Positions 16,985 through 24,000 of a stretch of DNA of 24,000 nt are shown piece by piece (position 1 is the stretch's first letter; each line of letters begins with the position of its first letter). The notes below the pieces were generated by a model. It had not been told where the DNA came from. It saw only the letters and a program-made list of their open reading frames with translations, and ran no database searches. This DNA comes from Nitrososphaerales archaeon (lineage in GTDB: Archaea; Thermoproteota; Nitrososphaeria_A; Caldarchaeales; Wolframiiraptoraceae): contig JAGDWP010000027.1 in assembly GCA_023269855.1 (NCBI GenBank), positions 4,826-28,825 of the forward strand, written 5' to 3'. The translations under genes and the position numbers were made by a program.

Positions 16985-17520
16985 GACTCAAACCCTCTAT
17001 AACTCTTTTCTAGAATGGAGATAAGTGGAGGCGAGCATACTCCGAAAAGAATAAGATTGCTTAGTTCATGGATTATAGCAAAGGGTATGCCTGATATTAA
17101 GGCTGCCATTATTGGGATGCCGAAAGTTAATGCAAAGGCTACATTTGTAACCAGGTCGTAAATGAATGTTAGGAGAAAACCTGCGGCCCCGAATAGAACT
17201 CTCACCACGACTCGACTATTGGAGTAGTCTGCTAACGAGATCGACTTAGCAAGAAATCCTCCCATTATCCCGTAAATCGCCTCAGACAACATGGTTACAA
17301 TCCAGATCTGGGGCACGAAGCCGTAGGGGTTCAATACTCCGTAAACCATCCATGTGAGAACCCCAATCGATGCTCCAACGGTGGAGCCGAAGACGAATCC
17401 GCTCACGAAGACGAGAAGGTCCATAACCTTAAAGTTAGCTACACCTAACAAGGCATAGTTGGACCCTATGCATGCTGCTACCAGAACGGCGATTAGGCTG
17501 GCTTTCTTGCTCTTTAGCAT
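16972..17520 (-). CDS. ECF-transporter S-component-like membrane protein
   Basis: Multi-TM protein with 'VMDLLVFVSGFVFGSTVGASIGVLTWMVYGVLNPYGFVPQIWIVTMLSEAIYGIMGGFLAK'. The track starts at 17553, but a TATA-like TTTATATATT (17550..17541, minus) lies about 26 nt before the ATG at 17520, suggesting a leaderless start there. Confidence 0.72.
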   Translation of the reverse strand: MLKSKKASLIAVLVAACIGSNYALLGVANFKVMDLLVFVSGFVFGSTVGASIGVLTWMVYGVLNPYGFVPQIWIVTMLSEAIYGIMGGFLAKSISLADYSNSRVVVRVLFGAAGFLLTFIYDLVTNVAFALTFGIPIMAALISGIPFAIIHELSNLILFGVCSPPLISILEKSYRGFESWPL

Positions 17521-17540
17521 GATGGATGGATGAACCATCC

Positions 17541-17550
17541 AATATATAAA
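17541..17550 (-). promoter_or_regulatory. TATA-like box for the ECF-like/DUF4430-like gene pair
   Basis: TTTATATATT on the minus strand, centred about 26 nt upstream of the ATG at 17520. Confidence 0.5.
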
Positions 17551-17668
17551 CACTCCCTAGCAGCCTTAAATACCGTATTACTTGCTTAACGAGAAATATT
17601 TGACGCCGTCGCCAGCAGTTTCAAAATAGATAGGCTTAAATAGATGGATAAACTCTTTCTTAGATGAT

Positions 17669-17919
17669 AGTGTAAAGCGCGGACTCTTCAGGATGATGCG
17701 GTTCAGCTTTAGATGGAGGGTCTTCCTCCATCCCTGAAGCTCTTCGAAGAGCTGGTGAAGGGTTGGAGTGGGTTCACCCTGACAGGGGAAGAGGCTGATG
17801 AAGGTTCCAATGAACTCAAGAGGAGCCCTAAGCTAGTGAATCCCAAGAGCTACATATGTCTACAAAAGACTATGTAGCTCAGAACCCAAATTCCAAACTT
17901 AGAGATACCGCTTTACACT
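17669..17919. ncRNA. Candidate structured RNA, family unassigned
   Basis: ORF-free 552-bp intergenic region. 11-bp perfect closing complement AGTGTAAAGCG (17669-17679)/CGCTTTACACT (17909-17919); nested CTTCAGG/CCTGAAG (17686-17692/17733-17739) and GATGGAGG/CCTCCATC (17712-17719/17725-17732); GCTCT/AGAGC hairpin (17739-17752); GGTGAA/TTCACC (17754-17759/17773-17778); hairpin 17847-17880. The segment is more GC-rich than its flanks. Strand is undetermined. Confidence 0.5.
17847..17880. repeat. Strong inverted repeat (14 bp with one bulge)
   Basis: GAGCTACATA-T-GTCT-ACAAA-AGAC-TATGTAGCTC. Confidence 0.9.
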
Positions 17920-18073
17920 GCGATTGATTTAAGGCTATTAAATAATTTTTACATTAAGAGACCGATACGTAAGCTAGCCTCATATCTTGTGCAGTAGGAG
18001 TTCGTTAATATAATAGTGGAATAAATAATAATTATTTTATCATGTTTTCCAGCTCTTGATGATTGCGATTTAT

Positions 18074-18085
18074 AACTTATAAGTT
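18074..18085 (+). promoter_or_regulatory. TATA-like box inside a 12-bp perfect palindrome upstream of cutA
   Basis: AACTTATAAGTT, centred 26 nt before the cutA ATG (18106). Confidence 0.5.
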
Positions 18086-18105
18086 AGATGGGAGAAGCAT
18101 GATTC

Positions 18106-18426
18106 ATGAGTGAGTTTATCCAAGTTTTGACTAGCATAGACTCTAGAGAGAGAGCTGAAGAGATTTCTAGAAAACTTCTTGAGATGAGACTTGCAGCATG
18201 TGTTCAGATTATTGGACCTGTAAAGTCTATGTATTGGTGGAGAGGGGTTATTGAAGAATCTAATGAATGGTTGTGTTTCATCAAAACTAGAGGTGATTTG
18301 TATAAGCAGGTTGAAGAAATGATTAGAAGTCTCCATGGCTATGAAGTACCTGAGATAATCGTGTTACCAATAATCCAAGGGTTCTACAAGTATCTTGAAT
18401 GGATGTCAAACGAGTTGAAGAAGTAG
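18106..18426 (+). CDS. cutA: CutA family divalent-cation tolerance protein
   Basis: 106 aa; 'RLAACVQIIGPVKSMYWWRGVIEESNEWLCFIKTRGDLYKQVEEMIRSLHGYEVPEIIVLPI'. Confidence 0.95.
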   Translation: MSEFIQVLTSIDSRERAEEISRKLLEMRLAACVQIIGPVKSMYWWRGVIEESNEWLCFIKTRGDLYKQVEEMIRSLHGYEVPEIIVLPIIQGFYKYLEWMSNELKK

Positions 18427-18474
18427 AATGTCTTTACAGGTTTAAAGATAACTCTTAAAGCTTAAAGTCTTATG

Positions 18475-18948
18475 CTATGTTTTCTCAAGTTTCTCTATTA
18501 ATTCTTGGAGAGATTTCTTTACTTCATGGATGAGTGCTTCAAGCTTCTGGCTCTTCTGTCTTTCTTCTTCTAGTTTTGCTTTTGTTTCTTCGATTTCTCT
18601 CATCGATGGTAACTCAATCTTGACACCTTCTCTTAGAAATTTCTCTAGTGTTTGACGTACTAGTTGACCTGCTTTTGTTTTGCCTGTGAGATGATTTCGG
18701 ACTGTTGCTTCTGTTCTTCCTATATCTTCAGCTATCTGGCTTACAGTCATCTTTGCTCTTTCCCTCGCTAATGCTGCTGCAGCTACAGCTAGGGAATCAA
18801 CCCAGGTCAATCTTTCAGAAGGGTTTCTCAATTCTTCTAATACTTCACTTCTAAATAATGTACCTACTAATAGTGCGTATTCGAGTCTATGGATCTGTTC
18901 TCTACCAATAGGTGATAGAGATATTTCTTCATTCATATCTTTCACCAA
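18475..18948 (-). CDS. HTH-containing putative regulator coupled to a KaiC-like ATPase
   Basis: 157 aa; HTH-like '[23 protein letters not shown]' and a C-terminal coiled coil ([36 protein letters not shown]); 20-nt overlap with the KaiC-like gene. Confidence 0.75.
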   Translation of the reverse strand: MVKDMNEEISLSPIGREQIHRLEYALLVGTLFRSEVLEELRNPSERLTWVDSLAVAAAALARERAKMTVSQIAEDIGRTEATVRNHLTGKTKAGQLVRQTLEKFLREGVKIELPSMREIEETKAKLEEERQKSQKLEALIHEVKKSLQELIEKLEKT

Positions 18949-19699
18949 CTATCTTGATGGTCTCAGCTGCTTTTATCTCTATTCCCTTGCCTGTGATTAT
19001 GAATGGGTGGCGTCTCATTGAATGAGCTGTTCCACGCATCTTCCACACGATTATGCTTCTCTTCAATTCTCCATTTACTTCATCTAGATCTAACCGTATT
19101 ATGCCATCTGCGGCATGTTCTACACCTGGACCGCCGAACCCTCTCTCAGTAACGCTTACCTGTGAGATCAATATTGATGTACAACCCATTCCTGACAATA
19201 CTTTCTTTAATTGGAGGACCATGCTTCTAGCTAAGGCTGGCTTAGTTATATATAGTGTTGAAACCGAGTCTATCACTGCTCTCTCAGCGTTTACATCTTT
19301 AATTGCTTCTCTGAGAACATCTATCAAAAGCTGGAAGTCTCCTGGATCCTTAACAACATATTTCTCCCTTTTTGCAGCTTCACCTATACCAGCCGTGAAT
19401 GCATCTACCACAGCGAATAAACCTTTTTCTTCGTACGGTTTAACATCCCAACCGAACTGAGACATAGAGATTCTAACTTGAACTGGATGCTCTTCTAAGA
19501 CTACGAGTACTCCGGGCTCACCAAGTTGTAAACCATTGTATAGATACTGTTGGCCAAATATTGATTTACCTGTTCCAGGTCCACCAGATAATAATACTAC
19601 ATTCCTTCTCGGAATACCTCCACCCATTATTTCATCTAATCCCGCTATACCTGTTACTACTCTCTCAACCATTCCTCTCTCAAGCTTACTCTTACTCAT
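18929..19699 (-). CDS. Single-domain KaiC-like RecA-superfamily ATPase
   Basis: 256 aa; '[37 protein letters not shown]', '[11 protein letters not shown]', '[30 protein letters not shown]'. Confidence 0.92.
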   Translation of the reverse strand: MSKSKLERGMVERVVTGIAGLDEIMGGGIPRRNVVLLSGGPGTGKSIFGQQYLYNGLQLGEPGVLVVLEEHPVQVRISMSQFGWDVKPYEEKGLFAVVDAFTAGIGEAAKREKYVVKDPGDFQLLIDVLREAIKDVNAERAVIDSVSTLYITKPALARSMVLQLKKVLSGMGCTSILISQVSVTERGFGGPGVEHAADGIIRLDLDEVNGELKRSIIVWKMRGTAHSMRRHPFIITGKGIEIKAAETIKIVGERYE

Positions 19700-20282
19700 T
19701 CTTGTTCAAAAACATTTCCAAGCATGGTAATATGACTAAACAGTCGTCTGGCTCCCCGATCTCAATGTATTTCTTCTTTAAGTATGCTACACCTGTTAAA
19801 CTGCACGTAACCGCGTCAAGCTCATGACCTGTCTCATTACATCTTAAACCTTTTACACCTATCCTGATCAATCCCTCTTTAAGCAGATGGATACTCTTAC
19901 CCTTCCTTGGAAGTCCAAGTAAGTCTTGTGCACCACCTGGATAAACTTCTATCACAGTGTAACCTGAAGCTTCCAATTGTTCTCTCAATCTCATAGCTCT
20001 CTCTGCTAGAATCTTCATTCCAAAGAGGGTTGGTGGATAAACATGAATCCCCATCTCGACTAGTTTCTTATCGCATGATCTTAGATTTTGACCAGGTTTA
20101 GGTAGACTCAATGGTGCATCTATCGCTACAACTTGAGGATCAGATGAATACACGAAATCCAGTATTTCATAGTCTTCTTTTGATAAGCGTGACTCACAGT
20201 AGAGGTTGAAATCCATTCTACATAAACCAGTATATCTTCTCGGTGACCCAGCTAAGTCTACTCCTACAGATGCCCACACCAT
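19692..20282 (-). CDS. DUF429 family protein (predicted RNase H-like fold)
   Basis: 196 aa; '[19 protein letters not shown]', '[49 protein letters not shown]', '[20 protein letters not shown]', '[18 protein letters not shown]'. Confidence 0.82.
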   Translation of the reverse strand: MVWASVGVDLAGSPRRYTGLCRMDFNLYCESRLSKEDYEILDFVYSSDPQVVAIDAPLSLPKPGQNLRSCDKKLVEMGIHVYPPTLFGMKILAERAMRLREQLEASGYTVIEVYPGGAQDLLGLPRKGKSIHLLKEGLIRIGVKGLRCNETGHELDAVTCSLTGVAYLKKKYIEIGEPDDCLVILPCLEMFLNKNE

Positions 20283-20329
20283 CTTGATCCTAAACAGTAG
20301 TCTATAGGTTGACTTATTTTTCTTCCTTC

Positions 20330-21457
20330 TTAAATATTCTTGATGAGCGGTGGGATGAAACCGTATCTTATTGCGTGGTCAACTAATACTATTGCTGTCA
20401 TGGCTTCAACTACTGGGACTGCTCTGGGGACAATGCAGGGATCATGTCTTCCACTTACAGTAACTTCTACGGGTATGCGTCTTCTAATATCTACAGTTCT
20501 CTGTCTTATTCTGATAGATGAAGGAGGTTTAACAACTACTCTAAAAATGATTGGCGCACCAGTTGAGATTCCCCCGACTATTCCTCCAGCATCATTCTTC
20601 TCTAATCTTATTTCATTGTTTTCTATAGTGAATGGGTCATTATGTTCTGACCCGAACATTCTCGCTGCTTTAAATCCTGCTCCGAATTCTACTCCTTTAA
20701 CAGCAGGGATAGATAAGACTGCTTTTGCAAGGTCTGAATCTAATGAATCAAATACTGGTTCACCTAAGCCTATCGGTAGACCAGTTACAATGCATTCGAT
20801 TATTCCTCCAACACTATCTCCTCTCGACATAGCTTCTAGAATTTTTTCTCTCATCCTCTTGGCTGCATCAATTGTCGGAGCTCTTACATCGTTTTCATAC
20901 CTGTATCTTCTAGCATCTTCTAGAGTAAAGTTTTCAGCTCTCTCTCCACCAATCTCTAAAGTATATGCAGTTACTTCTACTCCTAAGATTTTGCTAAGGA
21001 GCTTTTTAGCAACTGCTCCAGCCATTACAAATCCCGCTGTAATCCTTCCTGAAAATCTTCCTCCACCTCTATAATCGTTGAATCCTCCATACTTGACATA
21101 TGCAAAATAATCTGCGTGGCTTGGTCTAGGCGTATACCTGATAGATTCGTAATCTTCACTTCTTATATCTCTATTCCAGATGATCATGCATATTGGTGCA
21201 CCAGTAGTGTATCCGTTAAAAACCCCTGATAGAATCTCTACCCTGTCTTCTTCTATTCTCTGAGTAGTTATTGTGGAGATTCCAGGTCTCCTCAAGTTTA
21301 GTTCTTTCTGAATATCTTCTTCGGCGAGTTCTAACCCCGCAGGGCACCCATCTATTACTACCCCGATACATTTGCCGTGGCTCTCACCAAAGCTTACTAT
21401 CCTAAATCTTTCACCAAATATGTTTCCGGTCACTTCTATCCCTGTAGAATGCTTCAA
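20330..21457 (-). CDS. aroC: Chorismate synthase
   Basis: 375 aa; 'FRIVSFGESHGKCIGVVIDGCPAG', 'YGGFNDYRGGGRFSGRITAGFVMAGAVAKKLL', 'GRHDPCIVPRAVPVVEAMTAIVLVD'. Confidence 0.97.
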   Translation of the reverse strand: MKHSTGIEVTGNIFGERFRIVSFGESHGKCIGVVIDGCPAGLELAEEDIQKELNLRRPGISTITTQRIEEDRVEILSGVFNGYTTGAPICMIIWNRDIRSEDYESIRYTPRPSHADYFAYVKYGGFNDYRGGGRFSGRITAGFVMAGAVAKKLLSKILGVEVTAYTLEIGGERAENFTLEDARRYRYENDVRAPTIDAAKRMREKILEAMSRGDSVGGIIECIVTGLPIGLGEPVFDSLDSDLAKAVLSIPAVKGVEFGAGFKAARMFGSEHNDPFTIENNEIRLEKNDAGGIVGGISTGAPIIFRVVVKPPSSIRIRQRTVDIRRRIPVEVTVSGRHDPCIVPRAVPVVEAMTAIVLVDHAIRYGFIPPLIKNI

Positions 21458-21467
21458 CCAGGTTTAT

Positions 21468-22760
21468 CTATATTTCTTTAATGGAGGCACTGATTTTCTG
21501 TAGATCTTCTATAAAGTTGGGATAGGATATTTTGACCCATTTTAACCCATTTATGATGCATCCTTTCAGAGTTGACGCTGCAAGAATTGTGAAGGCCATG
21601 AATAATCTATGATCATTATGTGTGTCTAATTCAACGCCTCCCTCAAGATTTCTCACACCCTTGATCTTCATACCATCCTCGAATACTTCAACTTGTACAC
21701 CGAGTTTCATTAATTCTAATGCTGTTGAAGAAATTCTATCACTCTCTTTAAATCTTGCATGTTTAACTCCTTTGATAACTGTTTCACCTAATGTCTTAGC
21801 GGCCATGACTGCTACTACTGGAACCAGGTCTGGTGAATCTTTAAGATCAAAAACTCTATCTCCATCTATTGGTCCAGAGCCTTCAGCAGTTACTTTATCG
21901 CCTTGGACATTTACTTTAACATCGAAATCTTTAAGAATATTCAATATTGCAGAATCTGCTTGTGGTAGATTAGGATCTAGGTTCCACACTGTTATTCTCC
22001 CACCTGTTAAGTATGCTCCAGCTAGGATGAATGAAGCTGAACTGAAGTCTCCTGGAATCTTAAAAGATATTGCACGCCCAGTCTGGTTTGGATCAACCTC
22101 AAATAGAGAATACCCATCTCTATGAACTTTGAAACCGAATCTCCTCAAAACTTCCATCGTGGCATCAATATACTTTTTAGAGACGGATTCGCCTTCAACT
22201 CTAATCCTAACAGGGTTTTGAGCTTTAGTTGATGCTATCAGTAGGGCTGAGATGAACTGGGATGATACATCGCCTCTAATTATTGTTTCTCCTCCTTTCA
22301 GCCCACCTGACTTTACTATTATGGGTGCACATCCATTACTTCTACTTGACCAGCATTCTACTCCAAGCATTCTTAGAGCATCAAGCAATGGTTGCATAGG
22401 TCTCTTCCTCAAGCTATCATCTCCAGTAAGTATAATGTATCCTGGAGGAGGTAGAGAGGCCAAAGCAGTAAACAACCTTAGAGTAGTACCAGAGTTTTCA
22501 GCATCTATCACATTATCTGGGAGGTCAAGTTCTCCACCACTCAATACTATATAGTTTTCTCCTTCTTCAGTTAATTCTCCTCCAAATTGTCTACATGCTC
22601 TTAAAGTTGCATATGTATCTCCTGACCTAAGTGGATTTATTATCGTAGATTTATCTTCTATTAGGAGAGAGACCGCGTAAACTCTATGTGTGTAACTCTT
22701 ACTTGGTGGAGCAACAATCTCACCGCTTAGGATTGAAGGAGCAACATATAGTTTGTCCAA
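21468..22760 (-). CDS. aroA: 3-phosphoshikimate 1-carboxyvinyltransferase (EPSP synthase)
   Basis: 430 aa; 'SKSYTHRVYAVSLL', 'NAENSGTTLRLFTALASL', 'DGDDSLRKRPM'-like 'TGDDSLRKRPMQPLLDALR', 'VKHARFKESDRISSTALELMKLG', 'DTHNDHRLFMAFTILA'; 10 nt from aroC. Confidence 0.97.
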   Translation of the reverse strand: MDKLYVAPSILSGEIVAPPSKSYTHRVYAVSLLIEDKSTIINPLRSGDTYATLRACRQFGGELTEEGENYIVLSGGELDLPDNVIDAENSGTTLRLFTALASLPPPGYIILTGDDSLRKRPMQPLLDALRMLGVECWSSRSNGCAPIIVKSGGLKGGETIIRGDVSSQFISALLIASTKAQNPVRIRVEGESVSKKYIDATMEVLRRFGFKVHRDGYSLFEVDPNQTGRAISFKIPGDFSSASFILAGAYLTGGRITVWNLDPNLPQADSAILNILKDFDVKVNVQGDKVTAEGSGPIDGDRVFDLKDSPDLVPVVAVMAAKTLGETVIKGVKHARFKESDRISSTALELMKLGVQVEVFEDGMKIKGVRNLEGGVELDTHNDHRLFMAFTILAASTLKGCIINGLKWVKISYPNFIEDLQKISASIKEI

Positions 22761-22893
22761 GGCTCTCTAGAGAACAATCGGTATCTAGCTTTAATATAAT
22801 TGTTTTCCAAGTCTGTAGGAGTAGATAGCGTACTCTCTTATAGGGAGCAAATCCTTGTAAAAGCTTATTTTAGAGAACAAGCTTGATAGATTT

Positions 22894-23715
22894 ATGTCAG
22901 CTACTGAGCCTCGTATAGGTGAAGAGTTTTATCATGTTAGAGTTAGACCTGGAGAGGTCGCTGAATATGTTTTGCTTCCAGGCGATCCTGATAGAGTATT
23001 AAAGATTGCGAAATATTGGGATGAAGGTAGAGAACTGTCGTTTCATAGAGAGTTTAGAGTCTGGACGGGTAGCGTGTCAGGTAAACCTATATCTGCATGC
23101 TCAACAGGTATAGGTGCACCTTCTACTGCTATAGCTATTGAAGAATTGGCTAGAGCTGGCGCTAGAACATTCATAAGGGTTGGGAGTACGGGAGCAATTC
23201 AGAAAGGGATAGATCTAGGAGACCTCATAATATCTACTGCAGCAGTTAGACTTGAGGGAACTTCTAGACAATATGTAGTTGATGGTTATCCAGCGTTTGC
23301 TAATTACGAAGTTACATTAGCATTGATAGAAGCAGCTGAAAATCTTGGATTAAGATATCATCTAGGCGTAACAGCATCGACAGATAGTTTCTATACTGGT
23401 CAAGGAAGGAAAGGATTCAGAGAGTACAGCTGGAGTTACTCAGAGAAGATAATAAATGATCTCCGCGCAATGAATGTGTTAAACTTCGATATGGAGACAT
23501 CGATAATTTATGTTCTGGCATCGATATATGGTCTGTATGCAGGATCAGTATGCGCTGTCTTCGCTAATAGAGTTGAAGACAAGTTTGGAGTAATGGGTGA
23601 AGAAGATGCTATTAGAACAGCCGTAGAAGCAGTTAAGATCCTCTATGAATGGAATGAGTTAAAAGAGAAGAATAACAAGAAAAACTTCTACCCTGGGCTC
23701 TTAAAGACTAAGTGA
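22894..23715 (+). CDS. Nucleoside phosphorylase, uridine phosphorylase-like
   Basis: 273 aa; 'YVLLPGDPDRVLKIAKYWDE', 'CSTGIGAPSTAIAIEELARAGARTFIRVGSTGAIQKGIDLGDLIISTAAVRLEGTS', 'NFDMETSIIYVLASIYG'. Confidence 0.92.
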   Translation: MSATEPRIGEEFYHVRVRPGEVAEYVLLPGDPDRVLKIAKYWDEGRELSFHREFRVWTGSVSGKPISACSTGIGAPSTAIAIEELARAGARTFIRVGSTGAIQKGIDLGDLIISTAAVRLEGTSRQYVVDGYPAFANYEVTLALIEAAENLGLRYHLGVTASTDSFYTGQGRKGFREYSWSYSEKIINDLRAMNVLNFDMETSIIYVLASIYGLYAGSVCAVFANRVEDKFGVMGEEDAIRTAVEAVKILYEWNELKEKNNKKNFYPGLLKTK

Positions 23716-23826
23716 ATACATACATTTCAGATAATGAGATTATTGATTTGTTCGAACCTGAAACTTTAAGAAAACATATAATAACTAGTCTGCAAAACTT
23801 TTTTTCGAGAGAGAGGTATTGGAAAA

Positions 23827-24000
23827 TTGAGCCGCGATATCTTGATAGGCATAGTTATCCTTGTATTGTCGGTTATTGGGATACTAGTCTATAACTGGCT
23901 ACTCTTCTTCACTGAATGGGATCTATTCATATTAAAGATAACCGCATTTATTGCGGTAACAGGTGTGCTCGCTATATTTGCATGGATAGGATATACCTTA
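23827..24000 (+). CDS. Small two-TM membrane protein, N-terminus, runs off the right edge (partial)
   Basis: Manual translation from the TTG at 23827: MSRDILIGIVILVLSVIGILVYNWLLFFTEWDLFILKITAFIAVTGVLAIFAWIGYTL…, open to the window end. Not in the supplied ORF track. Confidence 0.6.
   Translation, partial: MSRDILIGIVILVLSVIGILVYNWLLFFTEWDLFILKITAFIAVTGVLAIFAWIGYTL

Noticed and set aside
17691-17830. C/D box sRNA (GGATGATG and GCTGATGA as C boxes)
   Set aside because: Neither C-like box has properly spaced D/D' boxes and K-turn geometry; more likely coincidental within the larger structure.
17669-17919. RNase P RNA or SRP RNA identity for the structured intergenic segment
   Set aside because: Closing helix and size are compatible, but I could not find the conserved core motifs (GAGGAAAGUC-like / AGAUAA-like for RNase P, helix 8 motif for SRP) on either strand, so I left the family unassigned.
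17562-17936. Outer 10-nt inverted repeat AGCCTTAAAT (17562-17571) / ATTTAAGGCT (17927-17936)
   Set aside because: AT-rich and 355 nt apart; could be chance. Not needed for the core structure, so not claimed as part of the RNA.
18070-18336. 88-aa minus-strand ORF over cutA
   Set aside because: Antisense to cutA, which has strong family motifs.
20340-21074. 244-aa plus-strand ORF antisense to aroC (and 21622..22125, 22252..22554 antisense to aroA)
   Set aside because: Shadow ORFs opposite strongly supported conserved genes; low-complexity Ser/Thr/Pro-rich translations.
23712-23894. 60-aa plus-strand ORF after the nucleoside phosphorylase
   Set aside because: Its GTG overlaps the udp-like stop, so coupling is possible, but it has no recognisable features and overlaps a better membrane-protein frame by 68 nt. 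Left unannotated.
1-24000. CRISPR arrays, transposases, integrases, toxin-antitoxin or defence genes
   Set aside because: Looked for; no regularly spaced direct repeats, terminal inverted repeats with a transposase, or defence-type proteins were visible. The LAGLIDADG-like ORF is the only mobile-element-like sequence.

Overview
The window is about 24 kb of archaeal chromosome, probably Thermoproteota-like, judged from gene content, intron-bearing tRNAs and short gene spacing. Most genes are on the minus strand and have recognisable families: (1) a MoxR/DUF58 cluster with a DUF4129-like protein and uncharacterised membrane proteins; (2) a HAD hydrolase and carbamate kinase; (3) a complete BMP-family (nucleoside/purine type) ABC importer; (4) a gamma-glutamylcyclotransferase-like protein, convergent with a 668-aa SAM-methyltransferase + D-Ala-D-Ala-ligase-like ATP-grasp fusion; (5) a VTT/DedA-like membrane protein; (6) tRNA-Lys(CTT) with a non-canonical 22-nt D-arm intron, a LAGLIDADG-like ORF, and tRNA-Phe(GAA) with a 24-nt intron; (7) a HemL-like class III aminotransferase; (8) an ECF S-component-like protein with a DUF4430-like partner; (9) cutA; (10) an aroA-aroC-DUF429-KaiC-HTH cluster; (11) a uridine-phosphorylase-like gene. 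No CRISPR array, rRNA or transposase was found. The observations most worth follow-up are a roughly 250-nt ORF-free, GC-elevated, multi-helix segment (17669-17919) that looks like an unassigned structured RNA, the methyltransferase/ATP-grasp fusion, and the tRNA-intron/LAGLIDADG neighbourhood.
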